Shown here: positions 27,428 to 37,793 of the stretch, piece after piece
Layout of the letters: each line of letters begins with the position of its first letter
Position numbering within the stretch: the first letter of the stretch is position 1
Assembly (NCBI GenBank): GCA_025355345.1
Contig: JANXZU010000122.1
Span: forward strand, 3-64,002
Direction of reading: 5' to 3'
Source of the DNA: Syntrophaceae bacterium
GTDB taxonomy: Bacteria; Desulfobacterota; Syntrophia; Syntrophales; Smithellaceae
Length of the DNA: 64,000 bases
The notes under the pieces: model-generated
What the model was told of the DNA's origin: nothing
The model's database searches: none
The model's input: only the letters and a program-made list of their open reading frames with translations
Program-made: the position numbers and the translations under genes

Positions 27428-29893
27428 TTATTGCTTTAACCTCTCGCCGTATTTTTCCCACCACTTCTGATCTTCAACATAGTAATCGACAACTTTAGTC
27501 CAAAATCCATCGGGTCCGGACTGAGTTTTAATTTCCGTGAATGTTTTTTCAGCATCGGCATTCTTATCCATTTTTAAATAGGACTTCCCTATATAAAATT
27601 GTGACCAGAATTTTAGTTCCGGATCATTGGACTTGCTCAAAGCGGAGTTGTACATTTCCAAACCGTTTTTAAAGTTTTTTGTTTTAAAGTACAAATCGCC
27701 AATTTCGTTATAAGCAGCTCCTTGATTTGCATCAGGCTGTTTATCCTGATTGAAATATTTCACAGCAATCAAATAATTCTGCAACGCCAGAGAACTTTCT
27801 TTCTGCTGGTTTAACGAACTCGCATATTGCCAATATGTTTGGGCGGGATCCTGAATATTCTGCCCGGAACGGACAACAGCATCGTAATTAACAATTGCCT
27901 TATCATATAACCCTTTTCTATAAGATATTACGGCCTGATTCTTTCGAATCGCTGTCATTAAGCCGCTGTTTTTTACCGATGGCCTACTGATCAATTCATC
28001 CAGTGTCTTTTGAGCTTCGTCGTACTTAGCTTGAACCATTTGTCCTTCCGCTATATCAAGCATTACTCTATTCAATATTTGTTCATCTTTGCCGACTTTT
28101 CTATAATCCTTTAAGAGATTAAGATAATCTTCAGTCAGTCCCAATTCTTTCAAACTAAGAGCGATTTTGCTTAATTGCTTATATTCATCAGGCTGCACTG
28201 GAACAGATTTATATGCTTTAAAATATATATAAGCTACTGCCAGATAGTCTTTTTTAGCGAAATAATCATCGATCAAACCGGCTGAAGCTTTTTTGAATCC
28301 CGTTTTGGCCTCATCTACCATCTTGCTTGAAGGATACATATTTATAAATTCTAAATATACATCCGCAGCTTTTTTATTGTGAAGTTTTTTTTGTAAAGCA
28401 TCGGCTTTTTTTAGTGTCGCCAATTCGGCAATCTCACCTGTAGAGCTCTTCATAAGAATTGTATCGAAGGCATCTATCGGCTGCTTGTAATAATGAATAT
28501 TTTTCAAGGATGATACTACTTTCACGCCGGGATTATCCAACCCCAAGGAGGCCATCAGCATGATGCTTTCATTAGCTTCCTTACTTTCCGGATATTTATC
28601 TATGATTAAATTTAGAATTGTCAGGGCGGCGGAAATCTGACCTGCTGCTTTATATGAATTTGCCAACAGCATTAATACTTCTTTCAACTTCTCATCTTGA
28701 GAATACATGTTTGCATAGAAAGAAAATATGTTTATTGCTTCATCATAACGGCGCATTGAATATTTATGCATTCCAAAATCCATAACAACTTCTTTCGGTA
28801 TATCGATAAGGTCAGACCATTTTTTCTGGGCATCGCGAAACCATACTTCTGCATTAGCCGATTGCTTTGTTTTATAGTAACAATCAGCAATCAGATAAGA
28901 AGCTTGTTTGGCGTAATCTCCACCACGGTTTTTTATCAAATAAGCTATCAGCTTTTCAATTGCCTTATCATGTTTTCCCAGTTTATAATGCATATCCCCG
29001 ATTCGGTAGACTGCTTCTAAAGCATATGAAGAATTTGAATACTTAGAGATAAGGTATTCGAAATTCTTTATCGCCTCAGGGTATAATTTTAAATAATCAT
29101 AAGTTCTTGCCAACCTGTAATAAGTCGCTGCGTTTTCCTTCTTTGGATCCGGGAAACTCTGCAAGGTATTTTTATAAAATTCAACTGCAAACAAAAGATG
29201 TTCTTTGCTGCCTTTTTCCCCCAAATAATAATGACAGTCAGCCATATGGCGCAAAGATCTTTCTCCCCAATCATTTCTCGTATCTTCACGGGCAATAAAT
29301 TCCTTAAAAGCTGCCAGTGCCGCTGCATAGTTCTTTTGTTTCATTTCACCTAAAGCCTTATCATATAGAGGATATCCTGAATTGGGCTCATCAATTATCT
29401 TCATCGTCGTTTGTATTTTCTTATTCTTTGTCTGATTATTTTCTTCAATCAAAACCACTGGTTTTTTCGTTGTTTTGTCGGCATCTTTTGTAATTACGGC
29501 TGGAGACTTTTTCTTTTTCAAAGTAGCTGAAGGTAAATTTTTGTCTTGTTTTGGTGAAACAGAATGATCCGCAGAAATGTTTAAGATGGCATAATCGCCG
29601 GCTAATTTATTTTTCTTCAATGTTTGAGCAAGCAAGGTAGCCTTTTTCTTGTTCTCAAATTTCCCTACGTAAACACGATACCATTTACCCTTATCCTTTA
29701 TTTCAACCTCTGAATAGAAAGCGGGATAACCTAAAGACAATAGTTTTTGAACATCACCATTGGCCTTGCCAGCAGTTTGATATGAAGCACAGTGGACAGT
29801 ATAAACGGCGGGAACTTCGGACGCCTTGATCGACCCCACTGTTACAAATATCGAGACTATAATAATAAATATATAAATTTTCCCTGAACTCAT
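27428..29893 (-). CDS. Secreted SPOR-domain plus multi-TPR protein (821 aa)
   Basis: Signal peptide. SPOR-like block VYTVHCASYQTAGKANGDVQKLLSLGYPAFYSEVEIKDKGKWYRVYVGKF. The remaining roughly 600 aa consist of TPR-like helical repeats. Confidence 0.7.
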   Translation of the reverse strand: MSSGKIYIFIIIVSIFVTVGSIKASEVPAVYTVHCASYQTAGKANGDVQKLLSLGYPAFYSEVEIKDKGKWYRVYVGKFENKKKATLLAQTLKKNKLAGDYAILNISADHSVSPKQDKNLPSATLKKKKSPAVITKDADKTTKKPVVLIEENNQTKNKKIQTTMKIIDEPNSGYPLYDKALGEMKQKNYAAALAAFKEFIAREDTRNDWGERSLRHMADCHYYLGEKGSKEHLLFAVEFYKNTLQSFPDPKKENAATYYRLARTYDYLKLYPEAIKNFEYLISKYSNSSYALEAVYRIGDMHYKLGKHDKAIEKLIAYLIKNRGGDYAKQASYLIADCYYKTKQSANAEVWFRDAQKKWSDLIDIPKEVVMDFGMHKYSMRRYDEAINIFSFYANMYSQDEKLKEVLMLLANSYKAAGQISAALTILNLIIDKYPESKEANESIMLMASLGLDNPGVKVVSSLKNIHYYKQPIDAFDTILMKSSTGEIAELATLKKADALQKKLHNKKAADVYLEFINMYPSSKMVDEAKTGFKKASAGLIDDYFAKKDYLAVAYIYFKAYKSVPVQPDEYKQLSKIALSLKELGLTEDYLNLLKDYRKVGKDEQILNRVMLDIAEGQMVQAKYDEAQKTLDELISRPSVKNSGLMTAIRKNQAVISYRKGLYDKAIVNYDAVVRSGQNIQDPAQTYWQYASSLNQQKESSLALQNYLIAVKYFNQDKQPDANQGAAYNEIGDLYFKTKNFKNGLEMYNSALSKSNDPELKFWSQFYIGKSYLKMDKNADAEKTFTEIKTQSGPDGFWTKVVDYYVEDQKWWEKYGERLKQ

Positions 29894-29949
29894 TTAGCAC
29901 TTCTTCAATTTTTAATATTTTTAAAAATATTCTGATATTTCAATACAAA

Positions 29950-29965
29950 AGCAAATTACATACCA
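29950..29965 (-). promoter_or_regulatory. Sigma-54 promoter upstream of the SPOR-TPR / kinase / regulator operon
   Basis: Minus strand reads TGGTATGTAATTTGCT, about 57 nt upstream of the ATG at 29893. Confidence 0.65.
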
Positions 29966-30207
29966 GAAGAAACTGAGAAAATATTAGTTTAAATTAACGC
30001 CGCATCATTGCTCTCATTACCCTCCGCTTCGCGGGCTTGTTCAACTTACCAATAATACCTTAGCCTAACATTAGATGGAAACAAAATCTCGTCAAATAGC
30101 CAGCGACATAGCCAATTTTTTGACGTATAATTTATATTCAAAAACAAAAACAATTTCAGGATTGATGATTAGAAGTATTTATCATCACCAGTAAATATTT
30201 ATTAAAG

Positions 30208-30223
30208 TGGCACCTAGCTTGCA
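30208..30223 (+). promoter_or_regulatory. Sigma-54 promoter upstream of pilZ-motA-motB
   Basis: TGGCACCTAGCTTGCA on the + strand matches the consensus at every conserved position. Lies 40 nt before the TTG start at 30263. Confidence 0.8.
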
Positions 30224-30262
30224 TTATTAAATGTAAATTTAATATTTTCATGAGGTTTATTC

Positions 30263-30802
30263 TTGGATAGCGATAATAGCAAAGATGTCAATGATCAACG
30301 GGAATATTCACGTGTCGATACCTATATACCGCTGGAATATAAAATAATTGATTTCAATCAAAAGCAATTTGTCCGCTGCCGGGTAGCGGGAGAATCAATT
30401 CTTGCTGAGTTTAAGTCTTTACCCAATCATGACGATCAAATAATTACTGAATGGCTCAGAACAATCAATGCGAAATTAGACGAAATTATTCGGATGATGA
30501 CGATTCATCATGAAGGATTTAACTGCCTTACTATGACGAAAGTTAATATTGGTGGTGGCGGTATAAGCTTCAACACGGGCAAATCATTTTCTGCCGGTGA
30601 CATTTTGGAAATAAAGGCTATGTTTTCCATGCAAAAACCGGTAGCCCTTTTTTTATACGGAGAATTTGTGGAAATATCCAAACGACACCCTGAATATGAC
30701 ACTTCTGTTCAATTTATCGGCATTGACGACTTCATAAGAGATGAGGTTATTAGATTTGTGTTTGAAACAGAGCGAGAAATCCTACGGGAAAAGAGGAGAT
30801 AA
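30263..30802 (+). CDS. PilZ-domain (c-di-GMP binding) protein, YcgR-like by context
   Basis: RxxxR motif (REYSR) and a D/NxSxxG-like motif (NIGGGGISF). TTG start with GAGG 7 nt upstream. Lies directly upstream of motA. Confidence 0.7.
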   Translation: MDSDNSKDVNDQREYSRVDTYIPLEYKIIDFNQKQFVRCRVAGESILAEFKSLPNHDDQIITEWLRTINAKLDEIIRMMTIHHEGFNCLTMTKVNIGGGGISFNTGKSFSAGDILEIKAMFSMQKPVALFLYGEFVEISKRHPEYDTSVQFIGIDDFIRDEVIRFVFETEREILREKRR

Positions 30803-30814
30803 TCCCTTCAATCC

Positions 30815-31678
30815 ATGATTATTATTATTGGCATTTTAATAGTTACTGCATCGGTTATTGGCGGATACCTTTTAGAGCATGGTAATCTGTCGGTAATTTT
30901 TCAACCCGTTGAACTCATGATTATTGGCGGAGCGGCGCTAGGTGGATTCATAATAGCTTCTCCGGTTAAGGTCATCAAAGCCGTGGGTTCTGCTATGGTG
31001 CGTATGTTTACAGCTAAGCCCTACACCAAACAGGATTATATGGAAATTCTGCTGATGATGAATGGGATTTTTTACAAAATTCGACAACAGGGGTTAGTCT
31101 CAATTGAATCAGATGTTGACACTCCGAATGAAAGTCCGCTTTTTACAAAGTTTCCTAAAATTCTTAAAAATCACGAAGCGATCAATCTGATTACTGACAC
31201 GCTGCGCACAGTCATGACCACGACAATCGCGCCACATGAATTGGAATCACTAATTGAGCAAGAACTGGAAGCTCTTCACGAAGAAGCCTTGACGCCCTCA
31301 CACAGCATAGGCATTGTTGCAGACGGTCTTCCCGGTCTGGGAATTGTAGCAGCGGTTTTAGGCGTTATTTTAACAATGGCAAAAATTAAGGAACCTCCGG
31401 AAATTCTCGGCGCTAGCATCGGAGCGGCATTAGTTGGAACATTTATCGGCGTTTTATTATGTTACGGATATGTCGGCCCAATGGCCAAAAACATGGAATT
31501 TACTGCCCTTGAAGATATGCAATACCTGAATGTAATCAAAGTTGCTTTACTGGCCTTCATTGGCGGCGGCGCTGCCCCTAAAGTAGCCGTGGAATTTGGC
31601 CGCCGTGTTATACCGGTAACAGTGAAACCGTCATTTATTGAAATGGAAGATAGTTTGCGAGCAACCAAAGTTAAGTAA
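30815..31678 (+). CDS. motA: Flagellar stator protein MotA
   Basis: 287 aa with 4 TM helices. MotA/TolQ/ExbB C-terminal channel region (LGASIGAALVGTFIGVLLCYGYVGP). Confidence 0.9.
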   Translation: MIIIIGILIVTASVIGGYLLEHGNLSVIFQPVELMIIGGAALGGFIIASPVKVIKAVGSAMVRMFTAKPYTKQDYMEILLMMNGIFYKIRQQGLVSIESDVDTPNESPLFTKFPKILKNHEAINLITDTLRTVMTTTIAPHELESLIEQELEALHEEALTPSHSIGIVADGLPGLGIVAAVLGVILTMAKIKEPPEILGASIGAALVGTFIGVLLCYGYVGPMAKNMEFTALEDMQYLNVIKVALLAFIGGGAAPKVAVEFGRRVIPVTVKPSFIEMEDSLRATKVK

Positions 31679-31702
31679 AGAAAAATATGTGACGACCGAT
31701 AT
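31676..31702 (+). promoter_or_regulatory. Possible sigma-28 (FliA)-type promoter in the motA-motB gap
   Basis: TAAA-N15-ACCGATAT, compared with the consensus TAAA-N15-GCCGATAA. Lies 36 nt before the motB ATG. Confidence 0.35.
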
Positions 31703-31737
31703 CATATAATTGAAAATAATTTTTTTGACAGGCGAAT

Positions 31738-32565
31738 ATGGATGAACGACCCCAACAAATAATCATTAAGCGGATTAAAAAGAACAAAAGTGCCGCACCC
31801 CATGGCGGATCATGGAAAGTAGCCTACGCTGACTTCGTTACAGCGATGATGGCTTTCTTCCTGCTGCTATGGCTATTGAGCATGACTTCCGATGAAAAAA
31901 AAATGGCAGTTTCCGAATATTTTCGTAAATACAGCATATTCCAGGAATCCGGCAGTTCAGCAATCACAAGTAAAACACAAAAATTAACATCCCCTGAATT
32001 TCTTAGTGAGCCGGGTAGCGAAACAACAAAAGGCCCAACCACTGATACCAAAGGTAAAGAAAAACAAGATTTTAAAAATAAAAAGGCTAAACAGAATATC
32101 GATGTTAAAGACGAAGCATTTGTTAAAAAATTAAGAGCCGCCATCGATGATAAAATGGCAGGTATTCGGGATCAAATACTGGTGGATGTAATTGAAGGTG
32201 GTATTCGAATCCAGATCATTGATGCGGAAGGCTCAGTCATGTACCATCTTGGCTCTGCTGTGCCAACTGCGAGAGCGAAAGAAATACTTAAGCTTGTCTC
32301 GGCTAATTTACAAGAAATACCAGGAAAGATTGTCGTGGAAGGTCACACTGATTCCGCACCTTTTAGAGGAGGTCAAACAACAAATTGGGAACTTTCTTCA
32401 TTACGAGCTTCCGCGGCAAGGCGGGAGCTGGAAGATAATGGAATAGAGCCATCAAGAATCGCGCGCGTAGTTGGTTATGCCGATCAGGAATTACTCATAC
32501 CGCTTGAACCACGTGACCCTCGCAACAGAAGAATAAGCGTGATCGTCCTGCAACCCAAAGAGTAA
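31738..32565 (+). CDS. motB: Flagellar stator protein MotB (OmpA-like C-domain)
   Basis: WKVAYADFVTAMMAFFLLLW plug/TM segment containing the conserved Asp. C-terminal OmpA-like GHTDS...N.ELS..RA. Confidence 0.9.
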   Translation: MDERPQQIIIKRIKKNKSAAPHGGSWKVAYADFVTAMMAFFLLLWLLSMTSDEKKMAVSEYFRKYSIFQESGSSAITSKTQKLTSPEFLSEPGSETTKGPTTDTKGKEKQDFKNKKAKQNIDVKDEAFVKKLRAAIDDKMAGIRDQILVDVIEGGIRIQIIDAEGSVMYHLGSAVPTARAKEILKLVSANLQEIPGKIVVEGHTDSAPFRGGQTTNWELSSLRASAARRELEDNGIEPSRIARVVGYADQELLIPLEPRDPRNRRISVIVLQPKE

Positions 32566-32598
32566 ATAACAAATATATCAATTAAGCCAACTACAAAA

Positions 32599-33060
32599 TC
32601 ATTCCGTAAGACATACATCAACGACAAATGTACCCTCATCAATTTCAAAAGGAATGATGAGGCTGGGGCCGCCCATAACATGGGTTATAGAATGATTTAA
32701 CCCGGTTACTACAGTTGGAATAGCAGCTTGAATGTAAAAACCTTCAGCTTCCAGATTTTTCCGTGCGACACCTGAAATCATATTAGTAATTTCTCCAACT
32801 GCATCTTTAATACTGTCGTTCATACTTTTAAAATCTTCACCAAGCATATTGGAAACAATCTTCAATATCGCACCCTGGCTGAAGCTTAAGGCCAGTGAGC
32901 CAGTAGCTGAGCCTGTTAAACCGATAATACCGGAAATATCTCCCTTAGCCAAGCTATCCACCTTTAGATAAGGTTTCCCTGCACGTGGTTCAACAAAAGC
33001 CATTGTCTTTAGCACGCTAGTCGTACCTTCCAAAAAAGGATTAATAAATTTAACGTTCAT
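32599..33060 (-). CDS. cheX: CheY-P phosphatase CheX
   Basis: MNVKFINPFLEGTTSVLKTM...ISGIIGLTGSATGSLALSF...EITNMISG follows the CheX pattern. Confidence 0.8.
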   Translation of the reverse strand: MNVKFINPFLEGTTSVLKTMAFVEPRAGKPYLKVDSLAKGDISGIIGLTGSATGSLALSFSQGAILKIVSNMLGEDFKSMNDSIKDAVGEITNMISGVARKNLEAEGFYIQAAIPTVVTGLNHSITHVMGGPSLIIPFEIDEGTFVVDVCLTE

Positions 33061-33097
33061 ACTTTACCTTCCCCTATCATTATCATGAAATTTTATA

Positions 33098-33487
33098 TTA
33101 TTTGTTTATACTTTCCGTTATTTTCATTATTTTTTCATTTAAAACCTCAGCAGTAAATGGTTTCACAATGTAATCGCTCACACCGGCCTTCACAGCGGCC
33201 ACAACGTTATCCTGCAAAGCTTCGGCAGTTACCATGAGAAATGGTGTTTTGGCCAAATCAGCATCAGCACGAACAGCTTTAAGTAATTCTAACCCTGACA
33301 TATTCGGCATATTCCAATCAGAAATTACAAAATCAATTTTTTGCGACTTCAGCGCTCGAAGCGCCATCACCCCATCTTCAGCTTCTACAATGTCTTCATA
33401 TCCGACTTGTTTTAATAAATTGCGCACAACTTTTCTCATCGTAGCAAAATCATCAACAACTAAAATCTTAATATTTTTCTCAACCAT
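33098..33487 (-). CDS. cheY: Chemotaxis response regulator CheY
   Basis: 129-aa single REC domain with DD, D (ISDWNMP) and K (VKPF) residues. Confidence 0.9.
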   Translation of the reverse strand: MVEKNIKILVVDDFATMRKVVRNLLKQVGYEDIVEAEDGVMALRALKSQKIDFVISDWNMPNMSGLELLKAVRADADLAKTPFLMVTAEALQDNVVAAVKAGVSDYIVKPFTAEVLNEKIMKITESINK

Positions 33488-33557
33488 AATTTAACCTCAC
33501 CTTAATATTCTTTGTTTTTCTTCCAATAAAAAAAAAGTTAGCTGCCTGCTTTATTAA

Positions 33558-35795
33558 TTATTCTTCACTTAGATCAAATAAACCTTCCGTGTCTATAATT
33601 AGACCAATCCGCCCATTGCCTAGTATGGCCCCGCCTGCTATGCCCTTAACATTTTTCAGGCCTTCACCAAGACTTTTAACAACAACTTCCGCTTTACCTA
33701 TTATTTTATCCACCATTAAACACCTTGAGCCGCTTTCAGAATCAACTACTACAACAATCGCATCCCAAGGGTCTTTATACTCAGGTTCAATATTAAACAA
33801 TTCGTAAAGTTTAATCAAGGGCATAAGTTGACCCATCGCATTTATCATTTCACCCCTGCCAACAACATTGTTGTAATTTTCACGCACCGGACGCAATGCC
33901 TGACGGATCGATATTGTCGGCAATATATAGCTCTCCGTTCCTACTTTCACTATCATACCATCAATAATCGCCAAAGTCAGAGGAAATCTTGTAATAAAAG
34001 TAGTCCCGCAACCAAGATTACTTTCGATTTCAATTTTGCCCCTTAGCTTTTCTACTGCCCGCTTCACTACGTCCATACCTACGCCACGTCCGGAAACATC
34101 TGTAACCTTTTCTGCGGTAGATAAGCCGGGCAGGAAAATGAGTTTGTAAATTTCTAAATCTGTAATTGTTTCGGGATTTTGGACAGTTCCTGATTTTATA
34201 GCCTTATTTAATATTTTTTCTTTATCGAGACCCCTGCCATCATCTGCTATTTCAATGACAATGTTCCCTCCCCGGTGATAAGCTTTCAACGTGATCATTC
34301 CCTTTTCCGGTTTGCCCGACTTTGCTCTTTCTTCAGAAGTTTCTAATCCATGGTCAACGGAATTTCTCACCATATGCACAAGAGGATTGTAAATTTCATC
34401 CACCATGTTGCGGTCTATTTCCGTATCTTCCCCGACTAGTTCCACTGAAATATTTTTCCCCGCGTTCTTCGCCAAATCTCTCACTAAACGCGACATTCGC
34501 TGAAAAGTTTGCTTAATGGGAATCATTCTCATACTTGTGGAAACCCGCTGCAAAGATGACGTTATGCGGAAGAATTGTGCAATATTGCGCGTCAAACCCT
34601 TATCGGCATTCAACTGATTTTTCAAATCCTGCTGAATCATTGATTGCGTTATGACCAGTTCACCAACCATGTCAATTAAATCATCAAGTTTTATCGTATC
34701 AACCCTAACCGTTGTTAAATCGTTAACCTGGTCGACCTGTTTGCGTAAAGCTTGCGCTACCTGTTTTGGTTTTACTATTCCTTCCTCAATTAATGACTGG
34801 CCGAGTTTTTTATCCGGTGATAATTCCGTAAGCTTTAAAGTCTGTTCCAGTGTACCTTCAGAGATGAATCCATCATCCACAAGGATTTGGCCAATTTTTT
34901 TTGCTCCCAGTTCAGTATCAAAACCTTGTTCGATTTTATGAATTCTTAATTCCAGTGAAGGAATATCTAAATCAACCGACTCACCTTTTTTCCCTTCCAG
35001 GATATCCCTCAATTGGCCAATCAATGCTTTCAGCGCATCAGCACCATCTAAAACAACATCAATGAGTGATGGAGTAACTGCAATTTCACCATTTCTCGCT
35101 TTATCCAGCAGACTCTCTAAATTATGGGCAAGCCCTCGTATTTTCTCCAGATTCAAAAAACTCGCCACTCCCTTAATAGAATGAAATGGCCGGAATATGG
35201 CATTAATAAAATCCTTATTCTCCGGTTCGTTTTCCAAATTTAAAATATTAACTTCAATCTCCTCAATATATTCAAGACCCTCGGCAATAAAGTCCCTTGT
35301 CAATGATTCATCTTGAATTTGGATTGGTTCTTCGGCCTTGCTAGAAATTTTCTTTTCTGGAATTTCACCGGGTGCGCCAGTTTTAGTGGCAGCATTATTT
35401 TCAGGAACATTAGATTCAGAAACAGCATTCTCGGAAATAGCATCACCTATAACAGCATCTGTTTTTTCAAGGAATTTTTTTATGTTTCCTTTATATTTGC
35501 CGGTATTTTTATAACTATCAGCAATTTCTTGCATCAAATAAATGCCGCTTTCAAATAATTTTGCCGCCTTTTCCTTATCCTTAACGGCATTTAAAATAAT
35601 TTTTTCTAAAACATTAATGAGACTTCCTGCACAATTTTTAATTGGGCTTATTTTCTTTTTTTGTGCTTCTTCAATAATTTTTTCCAAATGATTAAGAAGC
35701 TTACCTGCCGTAGGAATATCTAAATCCTTACTGTCCCGAAAGAGAAATTCCTGCGCCATTCCATCTAATAAACCTGTCAAATCATTATCTTTCAT
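33558..35795 (-). CDS. cheA: Chemotaxis histidine kinase CheA
   Basis: Hpt domain FHSIKGVASF. HATPase with DDGRGLD and GRGVGMDVV. C-terminal CheW-like domain. Confidence 0.95.
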   Translation of the reverse strand: MKDNDLTGLLDGMAQEFLFRDSKDLDIPTAGKLLNHLEKIIEEAQKKKISPIKNCAGSLINVLEKIILNAVKDKEKAAKLFESGIYLMQEIADSYKNTGKYKGNIKKFLEKTDAVIGDAISENAVSESNVPENNAATKTGAPGEIPEKKISSKAEEPIQIQDESLTRDFIAEGLEYIEEIEVNILNLENEPENKDFINAIFRPFHSIKGVASFLNLEKIRGLAHNLESLLDKARNGEIAVTPSLIDVVLDGADALKALIGQLRDILEGKKGESVDLDIPSLELRIHKIEQGFDTELGAKKIGQILVDDGFISEGTLEQTLKLTELSPDKKLGQSLIEEGIVKPKQVAQALRKQVDQVNDLTTVRVDTIKLDDLIDMVGELVITQSMIQQDLKNQLNADKGLTRNIAQFFRITSSLQRVSTSMRMIPIKQTFQRMSRLVRDLAKNAGKNISVELVGEDTEIDRNMVDEIYNPLVHMVRNSVDHGLETSEERAKSGKPEKGMITLKAYHRGGNIVIEIADDGRGLDKEKILNKAIKSGTVQNPETITDLEIYKLIFLPGLSTAEKVTDVSGRGVGMDVVKRAVEKLRGKIEIESNLGCGTTFITRFPLTLAIIDGMIVKVGTESYILPTISIRQALRPVRENYNNVVGRGEMINAMGQLMPLIKLYELFNIEPEYKDPWDAIVVVVDSESGSRCLMVDKIIGKAEVVVKSLGEGLKNVKGIAGGAILGNGRIGLIIDTEGLFDLSEE

Positions 35796-35797
35796 AT

Positions 35798-36856
<1,059 letters not shown>

Positions 36857-36906
36857 TCATAACACAACCTTTACTAACAAATCATCCATCTTATCTGCTG
36901 CAAACA

Positions 36907-37380
36907 TTACTGTCCTTCTGCCGGAATACTAACAGAAACAGCCATAAGGTTTCCTTCCGATTCGAAAGACAAGTTCCATATTGCTCCAGATTGATTCTGG
37001 ACTTGCGACGTGAAAACACCTGCTTTTTTTGCGTATGTTGGAATCGACAGATCAAATACCTTAGAAGAATCTAATTTCTGCAAAAAATTACCGCTGATCA
37101 TATTTACTGCCTCCTTGGCACAATCTTCAATAATCTTTTCTGTTACATCTTTTCGATTCAAACTAAGCATGTTCTGCACCATAGTTTCAGCTATTCCCAT
37201 GGTAAAAAAAATTTTAACTTCACCATTGATCGGTCCCATGAAATTTATTGTAGAAATTAAATCATATTTAACATCTTCATCAACTGGCTCAAGAAAAACA
37301 AAAAACATTTTTTCAAATACTTCAAAAATCGAGTTCATCAGTATTTCTTGTATCTTCTGCGTATTCACCATTTTCTCCAA
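36907..37380 (-). CDS. CheX/CheC-like domain protein
   Basis: IFEVFEKMFF...GEVKIFF...EAVNMISGNF resembles a CheX-like fold. The start is uncertain because it overlaps the upstream cheY-like gene. Confidence 0.5.
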   Translation of the reverse strand: MEKMVNTQKIQEILMNSIFEVFEKMFFVFLEPVDEDVKYDLISTINFMGPINGEVKIFFTMGIAETMVQNMLSLNRKDVTEKIIEDCAKEAVNMISGNFLQKLDSSKVFDLSIPTYAKKAGVFTSQVQNQSGAIWNLSFESEGNLMAVSVSIPAEGQ

Positions 37381-37753
37381 CTCCTATTACTTGATAAAGA
37401 ACCTTCTTGATTTCTTCAGGCAAAAACGGCTTTTTAATAAAACCCTTTGCCCCACGTCCAAAGGCTTCTTCCATGCGTTCAGAACTGCCTTCCGTTGTAA
37501 TCATTATTACAGGAATTTCTTTTAATGTATCATTCTTTTTCAATTGATCCAGCAATTCAAGGCCATTTACTTCAGGCATATTTATATCAGATATTATGAC
37601 GTCTACCCAATTTGTGGCGAGCAGTTCCATCGCCTCCCTACCATTGCCAGCCTCTAGACAACTATCCATCTGGAATCCGGAAATAGTGACAATTTTTTTA
37701 ATTACAGCCCGCATGGAAATAGAATCATCCACGATTAATACATTAAATGACAT
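37322..37753 (-). CDS. CheY-like single-domain response regulator
   Basis: REC motifs VDDS, ISDINMPEVNG and IKKPF. Confidence 0.8.
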   Translation of the reverse strand: MSFNVLIVDDSISMRAVIKKIVTISGFQMDSCLEAGNGREAMELLATNWVDVIISDINMPEVNGLELLDQLKKNDTLKEIPVIMITTEGSSERMEEAFGRGAKGFIKKPFLPEEIKKVLYQVIGVGENGEYAEDTRNTDELDF

Positions 37754-37793
37754 AAAGTCACCTTCCTTCTTTTTGATCCAATTTTATTATTGA

